From: a virus
DNA: 64,000 nucleotides
IMG/VR virus record: IMGVR_UViG_3300033412_000004
Coordinates: 1-64,000 of that record
Strand: one strand, 5' to 3'
Below are positions 10,152 through 19,078 of the stretch, in pieces. How positions within the stretch are numbered: the stretch's first letter is position 1; each line of letters starts with the position of its first letter. The position numbers and the translations under genes were made by a program. The notes under the pieces are model-generated. The model was not told where the DNA came from. It ran no database searches and saw nothing but the letters and a program-made list of their open reading frames with translations.

Positions 10152-11597
10152 ATGAAGTTGACGCTGGGCGAGGTGCGACAGATCGTGCGGCGCGCCTTGC
10201 TGACGGAAGTGCAGCTTCTGGGTGGCAAGGAAGCTGCCCAGGCTGACATCTATCGCGTCTATGAACTGCAGACGACTCACAAGCGAGACGATGGTAGCTA
10301 CGGCGGCTACGCTGGTGGCAAGTTCATCGTGGTGCCTTATGACATGCCCAAGTACGGCAAGGAAGGCATCGACAACTACTTGAAGGACGTGTTGGGAGTC
10401 AATCAGGATTCCAACGACAAGACGAAGCCTTGGTACACCGCCATCGAAGACAAGGCACTGGTCGTCAACCACCGCGACAAGACGATTGAGACGGACGTTG
10501 CCGAACGATCCCAGTACATGAACCGCCGACCAGGCAAGCGAGGTAGTGGTAGTCGCTCCTACATGATTCCGCACGCTTCGACTTCATTTGAGAAGATCCA
10601 CGAGCTGCAGAAGATCCTGAAGGCGATCAAGTCGATTGATCCTCGCTTGACTGATGATTACAAGATCGTTGGCAATCCCAACCACGAAGGCAAGACGATC
10701 GGTGACATCATGAAGGAGGAGCGCCCTGGTGACGTGATGGTGAAGGGCGGGCAGGCAAAGCCGATGATCCTTTACCACGGCACCAGCGACAAGCGCCTGG
10801 CCAACATCAAGAAGAACGGTCTGGCACCGGGCAATGCACCCTTTGTGTATGCCGACCTCGTCCAGAACTACTCTGAGTTCAACATCTACTTGACGACCGA
10901 GATCGGTCAAGCCGAGAACTACGCGACGCGTGCCGCCGTGGATGATGGTGGTAAGGCAGTCGTCCTCAAGGTCATCGTTCGTGATCCAACGAAATTCATC
11001 ACCGACGAAGACAACATGAACTGGATGAAGGCGACGAATCCCGAGGGGGAAGAGACCGAAATCCACTTCAAGCACAACAACTGGAAATCATGGCCCAACG
11101 CTCAGCAGATCATGAACCAGTTCCAGCAGCGCATCGCGAGCTCGCTGAATAAGACCGGCGCCATCGCCTACCGTGGCAAGATTCCTGTGTCGGACATCTC
11201 GATCCAGGCGGTCTACAAGCCCGCCTCAATGTCAAAGGACCCAGACTGGGAGGAGTACAAGGCCGCCCGTGAGAAGACGTTGGGTACGTACGTCAAGGGA
11301 GAACCTGACAAGGAACGCACCCGTCGAGCAGCGCCACCTTCCGCACCTGAGCCCAAGGCTGAACCCGTCCACGAACCAGAGGCACCTCGTGTAGCAGCCT
11401 CGGGCGGAAAGACCTACAAGGTCTACGGCAAGCTGAAGGGTGCTCCTGCCCACACACGGTTGAAGGGTAAGGCCTTCTTGGCACCTCGAGACACCAAATT
11501 CAAGAACGGCGAACAGGCCGCCGTCGAGCCCGCGGGCGACAAGCTGCGGGTCAAGAAAACTGACTCAGACCACACGCAGTTGTGGGACCCGGAATGA
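10152..11597 (+). CDS. ADP-ribosyltransferase-fold (Tpt1/KptA-like) protein with N-terminal targeting helix
   Basis: Start reassigned to MKLTLGEVRQIVRR, 5 nt after TACTTA. LYHGTS..IKKNGL..IYLT..AENYA..VVLKV..IPVSDI fits the ART fold. P/A-rich linker and a shared C-terminal domain follow. Confidence 0.6.
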   Translation: MKLTLGEVRQIVRRALLTEVQLLGGKEAAQADIYRVYELQTTHKRDDGSYGGYAGGKFIVVPYDMPKYGKEGIDNYLKDVLGVNQDSNDKTKPWYTAIEDKALVVNHRDKTIETDVAERSQYMNRRPGKRGSGSRSYMIPHASTSFEKIHELQKILKAIKSIDPRLTDDYKIVGNPNHEGKTIGDIMKEERPGDVMVKGGQAKPMILYHGTSDKRLANIKKNGLAPGNAPFVYADLVQNYSEFNIYLTTEIGQAENYATRAAVDDGGKAVVLKVIVRDPTKFITDEDNMNWMKATNPEGEETEIHFKHNNWKSWPNAQQIMNQFQQRIASSLNKTGAIAYRGKIPVSDISIQAVYKPASMSKDPDWEEYKAAREKTLGTYVKGEPDKERTRRAAPPSAPEPKAEPVHEPEAPRVAASGGKTYKVYGKLKGAPAHTRLKGKAFLAPRDTKFKNGEQAAVEPAGDKLRVKKTDSDHTQLWDPE

Positions 11598-11616
11598 CGG
11601 AGGATATTTAATCGCC

Positions 11617-12258
11617 ATGGAGCCCATGCTGGAGACTATCGAACTCGACATGGAGGAGTCTCACGACCTCATGTTCAAAGTGAAGGTCGAGGGCGCTGAA
11701 CCGTCACCGGCCAAGGTCCGCCTCGTCTGTGAGAGCGGCGACGTGGCCTACATGTTCAACGGCCGACCCACCTCGGAAGAGGGCGTCGTGCAGTTCACAC
11801 TGCCGGTGATGAAGGGCAAGCTGCAGGAGGGCGACTACAACAGCCGCGTCGAGGTTCTCATCGAGAACCGCTACTTTGCCCCCGTCTTGTTCAACATCAA
11901 CTTCAAGAAGGCCGTCAAGGTCGTCGCTGAGGCCATCACCGTCCAGACAAAGAAGTCGGCGCCCGAAGTCAGGGTGTCGGCGGTCCCGGTTGTCATCCAG
12001 AAGCCCGTGGCTCCTGTTGCTCGACCCATCGTTGTCGAAGCCCCGCCGGCACCGAAGCCGGTACCGGCTCCCGCACCCCCGCCAGCGCCCGCAAAGCCCG
12101 AACGTCGTGCTCCGCCGCCCGCTCGCATCAATGCTTCTACGACCTTGAAGGAGCGCTACCAGCGCAAGCAGCTTGCGGTCGAAGACCTAGGTCTCGATGC
12201 CGAAGATCAGAAAGCAATTCGCGAACTGGCTCGAGACTTCGTCAAGAGCAAGAAGTAG
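11617..12258 (+). CDS. Hypothetical protein (beta domain plus Pro-rich linker)
   Basis: 213-aa ORF; TATTTA 6 nt upstream of ATG. Confidence 0.6.
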   Translation: MEPMLETIELDMEESHDLMFKVKVEGAEPSPAKVRLVCESGDVAYMFNGRPTSEEGVVQFTLPVMKGKLQEGDYNSRVEVLIENRYFAPVLFNINFKKAVKVVAEAITVQTKKSAPEVRVSAVPVVIQKPVAPVARPIVVEAPPAPKPVPAPAPPPAPAKPERRAPPPARINASTTLKERYQRKQLAVEDLGLDAEDQKAIRELARDFVKSKK

Positions 12259-12657
12259 TCAGCGGTACGGGTTCTCGCGGCACGGGCGACACAAGTAGAC
12301 GCCGTCGCTGCGGACCGCCCCAATGCCGAAGTCGCCACACTTGTCGCACTTCTCGCCTTTGGGCGCCGGCAAGTGCTTGAAGATAGCCATCCTGGCAGTG
12401 ATGAAGCAGCCGGTGTCACCGAGGAACTTGTCCTCCACTCCAAAGTAGCGAAGGTGCTGTTTGGTGATGGTGAAGGTCGGAAACCCGTACGGGACTCGCT
12501 CATAGGCGGGGACGTAGCACAGATACTGAGCTGAGTCGCTGTCGTTGTCTGCGTCGAAACCGAGGACCATCACCTTCAGGCGCGAGTAGACCTTGTCACG
12601 GTAACCGAACCGGTCTTCGACCTTGAGGATGACCTCGTCCCATTTCGAGTACCTCAT
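12259..12657 (-). CDS. Hypothetical protein with C-terminal Zn finger
   Basis: Likely start MRYSKWDE with AGGAG RBS; CDKC...CRPC motif. Confidence 0.6.
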   Translation of the reverse strand: MRYSKWDEVILKVEDRFGYRDKVYSRLKVMVLGFDADNDSDSAQYLCYVPAYERVPYGFPTFTITKQHLRYFGVEDKFLGDTGCFITARMAIFKHLPAPKGEKCDKCGDFGIGAVRSDGVYLCRPCRENPYR

Positions 12658-12756
12658 AGTTAGTCTCCTATCACCTGAGAGCCCTCTGCTACACCGGAGG
12701 CCAGAACTCAGGTTTCGTCGCTGTTCTCGCGCCATACCTATCGAAGGACGCTCGCG

Positions 12757-13959
12757 ATGCCTAACTTCATCGATACGCTCAGGCCAACTCCCTTCGGATT
12801 CTTCGACTCGGACACACAATTCCAGACCGAGGCGGATGGCATGGTTACGTTCGTCAAGAGGAAGCTCGGTGACGATGTCTTGTCGGTCGAGTTGACTCGA
12901 AAGGAAATCTGGGCGTGCTTTGAAGAAGCCGTCTGCGAGTACAGCCGTCTCATTCATGAGATGAAGATCCAGTCAGAGCTCATCAACGTGTTGGGTTTGC
13001 CCACGGGCAGCACTGACTTGACCAACATCCTCCCACGACAGTCGCTGGAGTTCTTGATCAGGCAAGCAGAGCCTTACGCCACCGAAGCCTACCTCGGCGG
13101 TTCCTACGACGCGCAGTTGGGTTACATCGACCTGATCGCAGGCCAGCAGGACTACGACATCTACGCCGACATCAAGGACGCTGTCAGTGGCAGCAACTTG
13201 TGGTTGGGAATTCCGTCGGAGTCGCGCGGCAGGATGAGGCTCGTCGAAGTCTTTCACTTTGAGCCGACGGCTGCACAGTCGACGTTGCTCAACGCATCGA
13301 ACATCACCAACTTCTTGGCGACGAACTTCAACTATGAGTCGTACGTCAACAGCACTATCTTCTACGTGCTACCCGTCTTCGAAGATGTGCTCCGCCGCGG
13401 CATGCTGGAGACTGCGTTCCGGGTGCGCCGGTCGAACTACAGCTACGAGGTCATCGGCAGCAAGCTGAGGATTTACCCGGTGCCGGCGACCGACCAGCAG
13501 TTGGGCAAGCTGTACGTCAAGGTGTTCGCCAAGCCGATCAACCCAGTCGCGCCTGACATCGGCATCTCAGTGATGGGCAGCGTCTCGGATCCCACCTTGT
13601 ACGGCATCTCAGGTCCCAGCAACGTGCCGTTGGACAACTTGCCGTTCAGCACCATCACGCAGCCGGGTCGCCAGTGGATCCGTCAGTACACGCTGGCTCT
13701 GGCGCGAGAGCTGTTGGGTTTGATCCGGTCGAAGTTTCAGACGATCCCAATTCCGAACGCCGACCTGCAGCTCAACGGCGAGACGTTGGTCACCCAAGGT
13801 CGAGAGGACAAGGAGAAGTTGAAGGACCAACTACGTGAATGGCTCAGCGGCTTGACAAATGCAAAGCTGTTGGAGCAACAGGCATCGCTGGCCGAAAGCC
13901 TGCAGAAGACGCTGCGGCTGATCCCGATGCCGCTCGGCAAATCAATCATCATCGGGTGA
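12757..13959 (+). CDS. Neck/head-closure protein (T4 gp13-like)
   Basis: KRKLG..VLSVEL N-terminus and WIRQYTLALARELLGLIRSKF..IP...LNG C-terminus; position in the module. Confidence 0.75.
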   Translation: MPNFIDTLRPTPFGFFDSDTQFQTEADGMVTFVKRKLGDDVLSVELTRKEIWACFEEAVCEYSRLIHEMKIQSELINVLGLPTGSTDLTNILPRQSLEFLIRQAEPYATEAYLGGSYDAQLGYIDLIAGQQDYDIYADIKDAVSGSNLWLGIPSESRGRMRLVEVFHFEPTAAQSTLLNASNITNFLATNFNYESYVNSTIFYVLPVFEDVLRRGMLETAFRVRRSNYSYEVIGSKLRIYPVPATDQQLGKLYVKVFAKPINPVAPDIGISVMGSVSDPTLYGISGPSNVPLDNLPFSTITQPGRQWIRQYTLALARELLGLIRSKFQTIPIPNADLQLNGETLVTQGREDKEKLKDQLREWLSGLTNAKLLEQQASLAESLQKTLRLIPMPLGKSIIIG

Positions 13960-13967
13960 GGTGAACC

Positions 13968-14645
13968 ATGGCGCGCTTGTTCCTCGGTCCCCGAGAGATG
14001 AACTTCATCAGTGACATCACCAAAGAGGTGATCAAGGACGTCGTCGGGCAGAAGATTTTCTACTACCCGATCTCTGAGATCAAGACGAAGTTCCACGGCG
14101 TCTACAATGAGGCGATGCAGAAGGTCTTCGACCAGCCCATCGCCATCGATGCTCTGGTGGATGCCAAGTTTCAGGAAGAGACCAAGATCAACCAGTTCGG
14201 TGTCGACCAACAGTACAAGCTCGAGGTCTACATCCAGTACCGCGACCTGGTGGAGAAGGGCATCGAGATCTGCATCGGCGACTTCTTCTCGTACAGCGAC
14301 ATCTTCTACGAGATCACCGAGACGCAAGTGATGCGAAACATCTACGGTCAGGCTGAGCACAAGGACGGCATTCGCATCGTCGGCACCAAGGCTCGTGACA
14401 CTCAGTTCAAGACAGCGCTGCGCGGACCTACCGACATCGAGTACACCGACCCTGACGCGGTGCAGAAGAAATTCGAGCAGCAGCGCGGCTTCGCTGAAAA
14501 CGATGCCGGCCCGACGGGCGACGTTCACGACCTGGTCAAGGAAGGCGTCCTTGATCCGCCGCTGACGGGTCCCAAGGAAGTGTCCGAGGCCGGCGCTGTC
14601 GCCGACAACTCACGTCACGGTTCAGCATTCTACGACGAGGACTGA
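13968..14645 (+). CDS. Neck/head-completion protein (gp14-like)
   Basis: E.I...GQKIFYY...YNEA...GDFF..FYEIT pattern; follows the gp13-like gene. Confidence 0.6.
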   Translation: MARLFLGPREMNFISDITKEVIKDVVGQKIFYYPISEIKTKFHGVYNEAMQKVFDQPIAIDALVDAKFQEETKINQFGVDQQYKLEVYIQYRDLVEKGIEICIGDFFSYSDIFYEITETQVMRNIYGQAEHKDGIRIVGTKARDTQFKTALRGPTDIEYTDPDAVQKKFEQQRGFAENDAGPTGDVHDLVKEGVLDPPLTGPKEVSEAGAVADNSRHGSAFYDED

Positions 14646-14648
14646 TTC

Positions 14649-15938
14649 ATGCCCACTCGTTACAACAGCAAGAGCAAGACGACACACGGGGTGCCTGGCC
14701 TTCCGTCAGGCTACGACGGCAACTCGTCTTCCACGCTGACGATTCCTTCGGTGGGTATGGAGGACGTCGACGTCGCGCTGTTCACCATGTTTGACAAGGA
14801 GATCCCGTTCCAGGTCTCCGGCGACGGTGCTCCCATGAAGGACGTGCCCGTCGTCTTTGCAGTGGGCGAAAAGGCGGCGGTCCTGAAGAAAGGACGCGCG
14901 CTGCGCGACAAGAAGAACACCCTCATCCTGCCGCTGATCACCATCCAGCGGACGACGGTCCAGCAGACCGCCAATGAAGACATCGCGGGGCGAGGCATCA
15001 ACCAGCAGACCGGCGAGATTGTCATCAAGAGGCGGCTGGATAAATCGGACCGCACGTACCAAGGCCTCATCAATCGACTGTTCTTGAAGCACCAGACCAA
15101 CCTCGCAGTGCCTCAGGCGGAGGCTGATGAGGGTCAGCTGACGACCGAACGATCGGTGGGCGAACTGTCCCCAGATCCGACCGTCAAAGAAGGCGGCCTG
15201 ATGATCCCGGACAGGATGAACAACATCTACGAGACGATCGTCATCCCGGCGCCGCGCTTCTACACCGCGGTCTACGAGGTCACCTTCTGGACGCAGTACG
15301 TCCAGCACATGAACCAGCTCCTGGAGCAGTTGGTCAACTCGTTCCTGCCTCAAGGCCAGAGCTGGCGCGTCGACACTCCCAAAGGCTACTGGTTCGTTGC
15401 CAAAGTCGACAATGACACCTACACGGCCGAGAACAACTTTGACGACCTGTCGACGACGGAGCGCATGGTCAAGTACAAGTTCACCGTCAAGGTGCCGGCC
15501 TACATCCTGGCCTCCGCAGTCCCAGGCGCGCCTGTTCCCTTGAAGCGTTATGTATCGCAACCGATCGTTCGCTTTGACGTGGGTCTCAACGTAGGTGAGG
15601 AGACGGGCGCTGGTGACACAGATGATCCCTTCTTGGGTGCTGATGACCCAACGCTGCCTCTGGAAGACGGCAAGTCCCGTCGACGAGACCAGCGCGCGTC
15701 AGGCCACGGACGGGTGTACCCGAACCAAGCAGCAACGAACCCCGACGATCCGGCGCTGAAGTCGCTGTCTCGCGGTCGAGGTACGGCACAGTACAAGAAG
15801 GTCCTCACCGTCGATGGGAACGGAAATGAGGTCGTCAAGTATGTACGAGTCACGTCGGTCAATCCACACACCGGTGAGACCGTCTTTGCCCCCGGCACCG
15901 ACCTCGGCGGGCTGACCATTGTGGTCACAGACGACTGA
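14649..15938 (+). CDS. Tail terminator/sheath stabiliser (gp15-like)
   Basis: VPVVF..E, LILPLITI, YEVTFWTQY..MNQLLEQL patterns; lies between neck and sheath genes. Confidence 0.6.
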   Translation: MPTRYNSKSKTTHGVPGLPSGYDGNSSSTLTIPSVGMEDVDVALFTMFDKEIPFQVSGDGAPMKDVPVVFAVGEKAAVLKKGRALRDKKNTLILPLITIQRTTVQQTANEDIAGRGINQQTGEIVIKRRLDKSDRTYQGLINRLFLKHQTNLAVPQAEADEGQLTTERSVGELSPDPTVKEGGLMIPDRMNNIYETIVIPAPRFYTAVYEVTFWTQYVQHMNQLLEQLVNSFLPQGQSWRVDTPKGYWFVAKVDNDTYTAENNFDDLSTTERMVKYKFTVKVPAYILASAVPGAPVPLKRYVSQPIVRFDVGLNVGEETGAGDTDDPFLGADDPTLPLEDGKSRRRDQRASGHGRVYPNQAATNPDDPALKSLSRGRGTAQYKKVLTVDGNGNEVVKYVRVTSVNPHTGETVFAPGTDLGGLTIVVTDD

Positions 15939-15969
15939 TGGTGCGTCGGGTTTTCACCTACGCGCCTGA

Positions 15970-15975
15970 TACTTA
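15970..15975 (+). promoter_or_regulatory. Late-type promoter box TACTTA (sheath 1)
   Basis: GATACTTA; the same box recurs before sheath 2, tube, neck and baseplate genes. Confidence 0.65.
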
Positions 15976-16010
15976 TCTTAGCGATTCAACACCGCTAGAG
16001 GAGCACGGTA

Positions 16011-19000
16011 ATGGCTGGAACCGAACAGACTTTCAGGTCGCCCAATTTCTTCGAACGTGAAATCGACCTGTCCGCGCCCGTCCTGGGAGGCCCGGTCGGC
16101 ACCCCCGCGGGCATCATCGGCACCGCCAACAAGGGTCCTGCCTTCGTCCCGGTGACGGTGGCAACGTTCGACGAATTCGTTTCGACCTTCGGCAACTTGG
16201 ACCCCAAGAGGTTTGGTCCTTACGCCGTCAATGAGTTTTTGAAGCACCGTCACGCTCTGACCTACATCAGGGTCCTGGGCGCCGGCGCGAATTCGACCGA
16301 CGGAGATGTGGCAGAGACCCTTCAGACGGGTCGAGTCAAGAATGCTGGTGTCAAGATCGAAGGCAATACTGCACCCCACGACACGCTGGGCCGCCACAAC
16401 GGCGCAGTGCAGTTCTTGGCCGCGCGGCACATGCTGCAGACCAACGAAGCCTTCGGCATGCCGATGTTCACCGACAACCGGTCGTTCTCGGGTGGCTTCG
16501 CCAACCTGATCCGCGGCGTGGTCCTGATGGCCAGCGGCGCCAGGATGATGGTCCTCGACTCAGACCAGTCGGCAGTCGGCGCCTTCACGGCGACCGGCCC
16601 CGACGACGTGGCGACCCCGACCAACGGCAAGTTCAAGCTGGTCATCTCGTCGACCTTGGGCAACGGCTTCGTCAACACTGACGGCAACCCGGGCGTCCGC
16701 ATCCTGACGGCATCGCTCAACCCGACCGACGCTGACTACTTCGGCAAGATCCTGAACACCGACCCCGACAACTTCGTCAGGGAGCAGCACCTGCTCTACG
16801 CTGACTTCGCGGTCGATGATGAGATTGCGACGCCGACCTTGGTCGCGGCGCTGTCCGGCACCGTCAACGCGTCCCAGACGTCGGGTGACACCAGCCTGAT
16901 CTTCCGCAAGATGTTTGGTGCCTTCGACACTCGGTACCAGACGCCTCACACCACGCCCTTCATCTCGCAGCCTTTCGGCGCGACGGAGTACGACCTGTTC
17001 TCCTTCGAGGCGCTGGACGATGGTGAGTTTGCCAACAAGCTCTACAAGATCTCGATCACCAACATCAAGGCGTCGCTCGACGACTCGAACCGTTACGGTA
17101 CCTTCACCGTCCAGATCCGAGACTACAACGACACCGACATCAACCCGCAGGTTCTCGAGTCATTCCCGAACTGCTCGTTGAACCCGACGGCACCCAACTA
17201 CGTCGCCAAGTTGATCGGCGATCGCAAGGTCACCTACAACTTCGACGCAACGGTCTCGACCGAGCGCCGCATCGTCACTTTCGGCAAGTACCAGAATGTG
17301 TCGAAGCTGGTTCGGATCGTGATGTCCGATGCTGTCGAACGTGCTCTCGTCCCGGCACTGGCACTGCCTTTCGGCTTCCGCGGCTACGAAGCCCCGAAGA
17401 CCAACGACGGTCTGAACGACACGGCCCCGGCTTCATCGCTGGCCCGCGTCGGCGGCGTCCTCGGTGTCGGTGCAGGATCTGCGCTGAGCGGTTCCATCGT
17501 TCCGCCGGTTCCCTTCCGCTTCAAGTGCACCAAGGGTGACATCCCGAACACGGGCGCCTTCGAAGGTGCACCGGGCCCGACCGAGTTGGCAAGCACCCAG
17601 CTCTACTGGGGTGTCAAGTTCGAGCGCAACACCAGCCCGCTCAACTCCAACCTGTCGTCGGAAAAGAACAACCTGCTCGCGTCCTTCACCAAGTTCCTGG
17701 GCATCAAGCAGCTTGACGCTCTGGTCACCGGTGCGGGTGCTGACCAGTTCAACGACAACAAGTTCACGCTGTCCAAGGTCGCCTTCTCCAACACGGCGTT
17801 GGCTGACCTGACGGGCACCGTCAACGACCACATGCGCGAAGCGGCCTACCTCCGCAACGCCAAGGTCGACCTGACGGACTACTCGGTGTCGACCAACATC
17901 GGTCGCCGCATCACCTTCGCCACGCTGTTGACGAAGGGCACGGCCCCGGAGTTCAACCGCTTCTCAGGTTTCGCCAAGTTCACCAACATGATGTTCGGTG
18001 GCTACGATGGCGTCAACTTCCTGGACCGCGACTCACGCCGCATGAACGACAAGGCCTCGTCCTTCGACGGCGGCGGCGGCGCGGAGCTGACCTACGTTGC
18101 TCCGGGCTTGCTGGTCAACCCGGCGGGCACCGGTCAGTCGAACTCGGCAGTGCTGTCCTACCAGACGGCAGTCGACATCATGACGGACCCGCTGACGGTC
18201 AACCACAACCTGTTGGTCATCCCGGGCATCCGTGAGTCCTTCATCACCGACTACGCGATGAAGAAGGTCCGTGACTACGGTCTCGCCTTCTACATCATGG
18301 ACATGGCGGCCTACAGCGACACCAACGTTCGTCTCTACGACGACTCGACGGGTCGTCCTGACGTCGACAAGTCGGCGAGCGCGTTGGATGCACGGGCCAT
18401 CGACAACAACTACGCAGGCACCTACTTCCCGAACGTCTTCATCGACGACACGACCAACAAGCGCCGCATCAAGGTGCCCGCTTCGGTCGCCGCCGTCGGC
18501 GCCCTGGCGTTCAACGACCGGGTTGCCTACCCGTGGTTCGCCCCCGCCGGCTTCAACCGTGCGGCTCTCGACTTCGTCACCAACGTCGAGGTTCGCCTCA
18601 ACGTCAGTGACCGCGACCGCCTGTACGAGTCGCGGATCAACCCGATTGCAACGTTCCCCCGCCTCGGCTTCGTGATCTACGGTCAGAAGACGCTGCAGGT
18701 GAACAAGTCGGCTCTCGACCGCGTCAACGTCCGCCGCCTCCTCCTGGAGGTCAAGCGGATCATCGTCCAGATCGCCAACCAGCTCGTCTTCGAGCAGAAC
18801 ACCCCTGAGGTGCGGAACAAGTTCGTTGCGGACTGCGTTTTGCAGCTCGGTCTCATCCAGACCCAGTCTGGCATCGAGAACTTCAAGGTCATCTGCAATG
18901 AGACGAACAACACTCAGGAAGACATCGACCTGAACAAGCTGAACGGACGCATCGTGGTCGTACCGACCAGGGTGATCGAGTTCATTGCGATCGACTTCAT

Positions 19001-19031
19001 CATCACCAACAGCGGCGTCCAGTTCGTCTGA
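16011..19031 (+). CDS. Tail sheath protein 1
   Basis: SPNFFEREIDLS, IIGTANKGPAFVP, PWFAPAGFNR, INPIATF, GQKTLQ, LDRVNVRRLL, PTRVIEFIAIDF. Confidence 0.93.
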   Translation: MAGTEQTFRSPNFFEREIDLSAPVLGGPVGTPAGIIGTANKGPAFVPVTVATFDEFVSTFGNLDPKRFGPYAVNEFLKHRHALTYIRVLGAGANSTDGDVAETLQTGRVKNAGVKIEGNTAPHDTLGRHNGAVQFLAARHMLQTNEAFGMPMFTDNRSFSGGFANLIRGVVLMASGARMMVLDSDQSAVGAFTATGPDDVATPTNGKFKLVISSTLGNGFVNTDGNPGVRILTASLNPTDADYFGKILNTDPDNFVREQHLLYADFAVDDEIATPTLVAALSGTVNASQTSGDTSLIFRKMFGAFDTRYQTPHTTPFISQPFGATEYDLFSFEALDDGEFANKLYKISITNIKASLDDSNRYGTFTVQIRDYNDTDINPQVLESFPNCSLNPTAPNYVAKLIGDRKVTYNFDATVSTERRIVTFGKYQNVSKLVRIVMSDAVERALVPALALPFGFRGYEAPKTNDGLNDTAPASSLARVGGVLGVGAGSALSGSIVPPVPFRFKCTKGDIPNTGAFEGAPGPTELASTQLYWGVKFERNTSPLNSNLSSEKNNLLASFTKFLGIKQLDALVTGAGADQFNDNKFTLSKVAFSNTALADLTGTVNDHMREAAYLRNAKVDLTDYSVSTNIGRRITFATLLTKGTAPEFNRFSGFAKFTNMMFGGYDGVNFLDRDSRRMNDKASSFDGGGGAELTYVAPGLLVNPAGTGQSNSAVLSYQTAVDIMTDPLTVNHNLLVIPGIRESFITDYAMKKVRDYGLAFYIMDMAAYSDTNVRLYDDSTGRPDVDKSASALDARAIDNNYAGTYFPNVFIDDTTNKRRIKVPASVAAVGALAFNDRVAYPWFAPAGFNRAALDFVTNVEVRLNVSDRDRLYESRINPIATFPRLGFVIYGQKTLQVNKSALDRVNVRRLLLEVKRIIVQIANQLVFEQNTPEVRNKFVADCVLQLGLIQTQSGIENFKVICNETNNTQEDIDLNKLNGRIVVVPTRVIEFIAIDFIITNSGVQFV

Positions 19032-19051
19032 GCGAAGCGATAGATGGCTGA

Positions 19052-19057
19052 TACTTA
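19052..19057 (+). promoter_or_regulatory. Late-type promoter box TACTTA (sheath 2)
   Basis: CTGATACTTA, identical to the sheath 1 box. Confidence 0.65.
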
Positions 19058-19078
19058 CAGGGCAGAGGATACGTAGAG

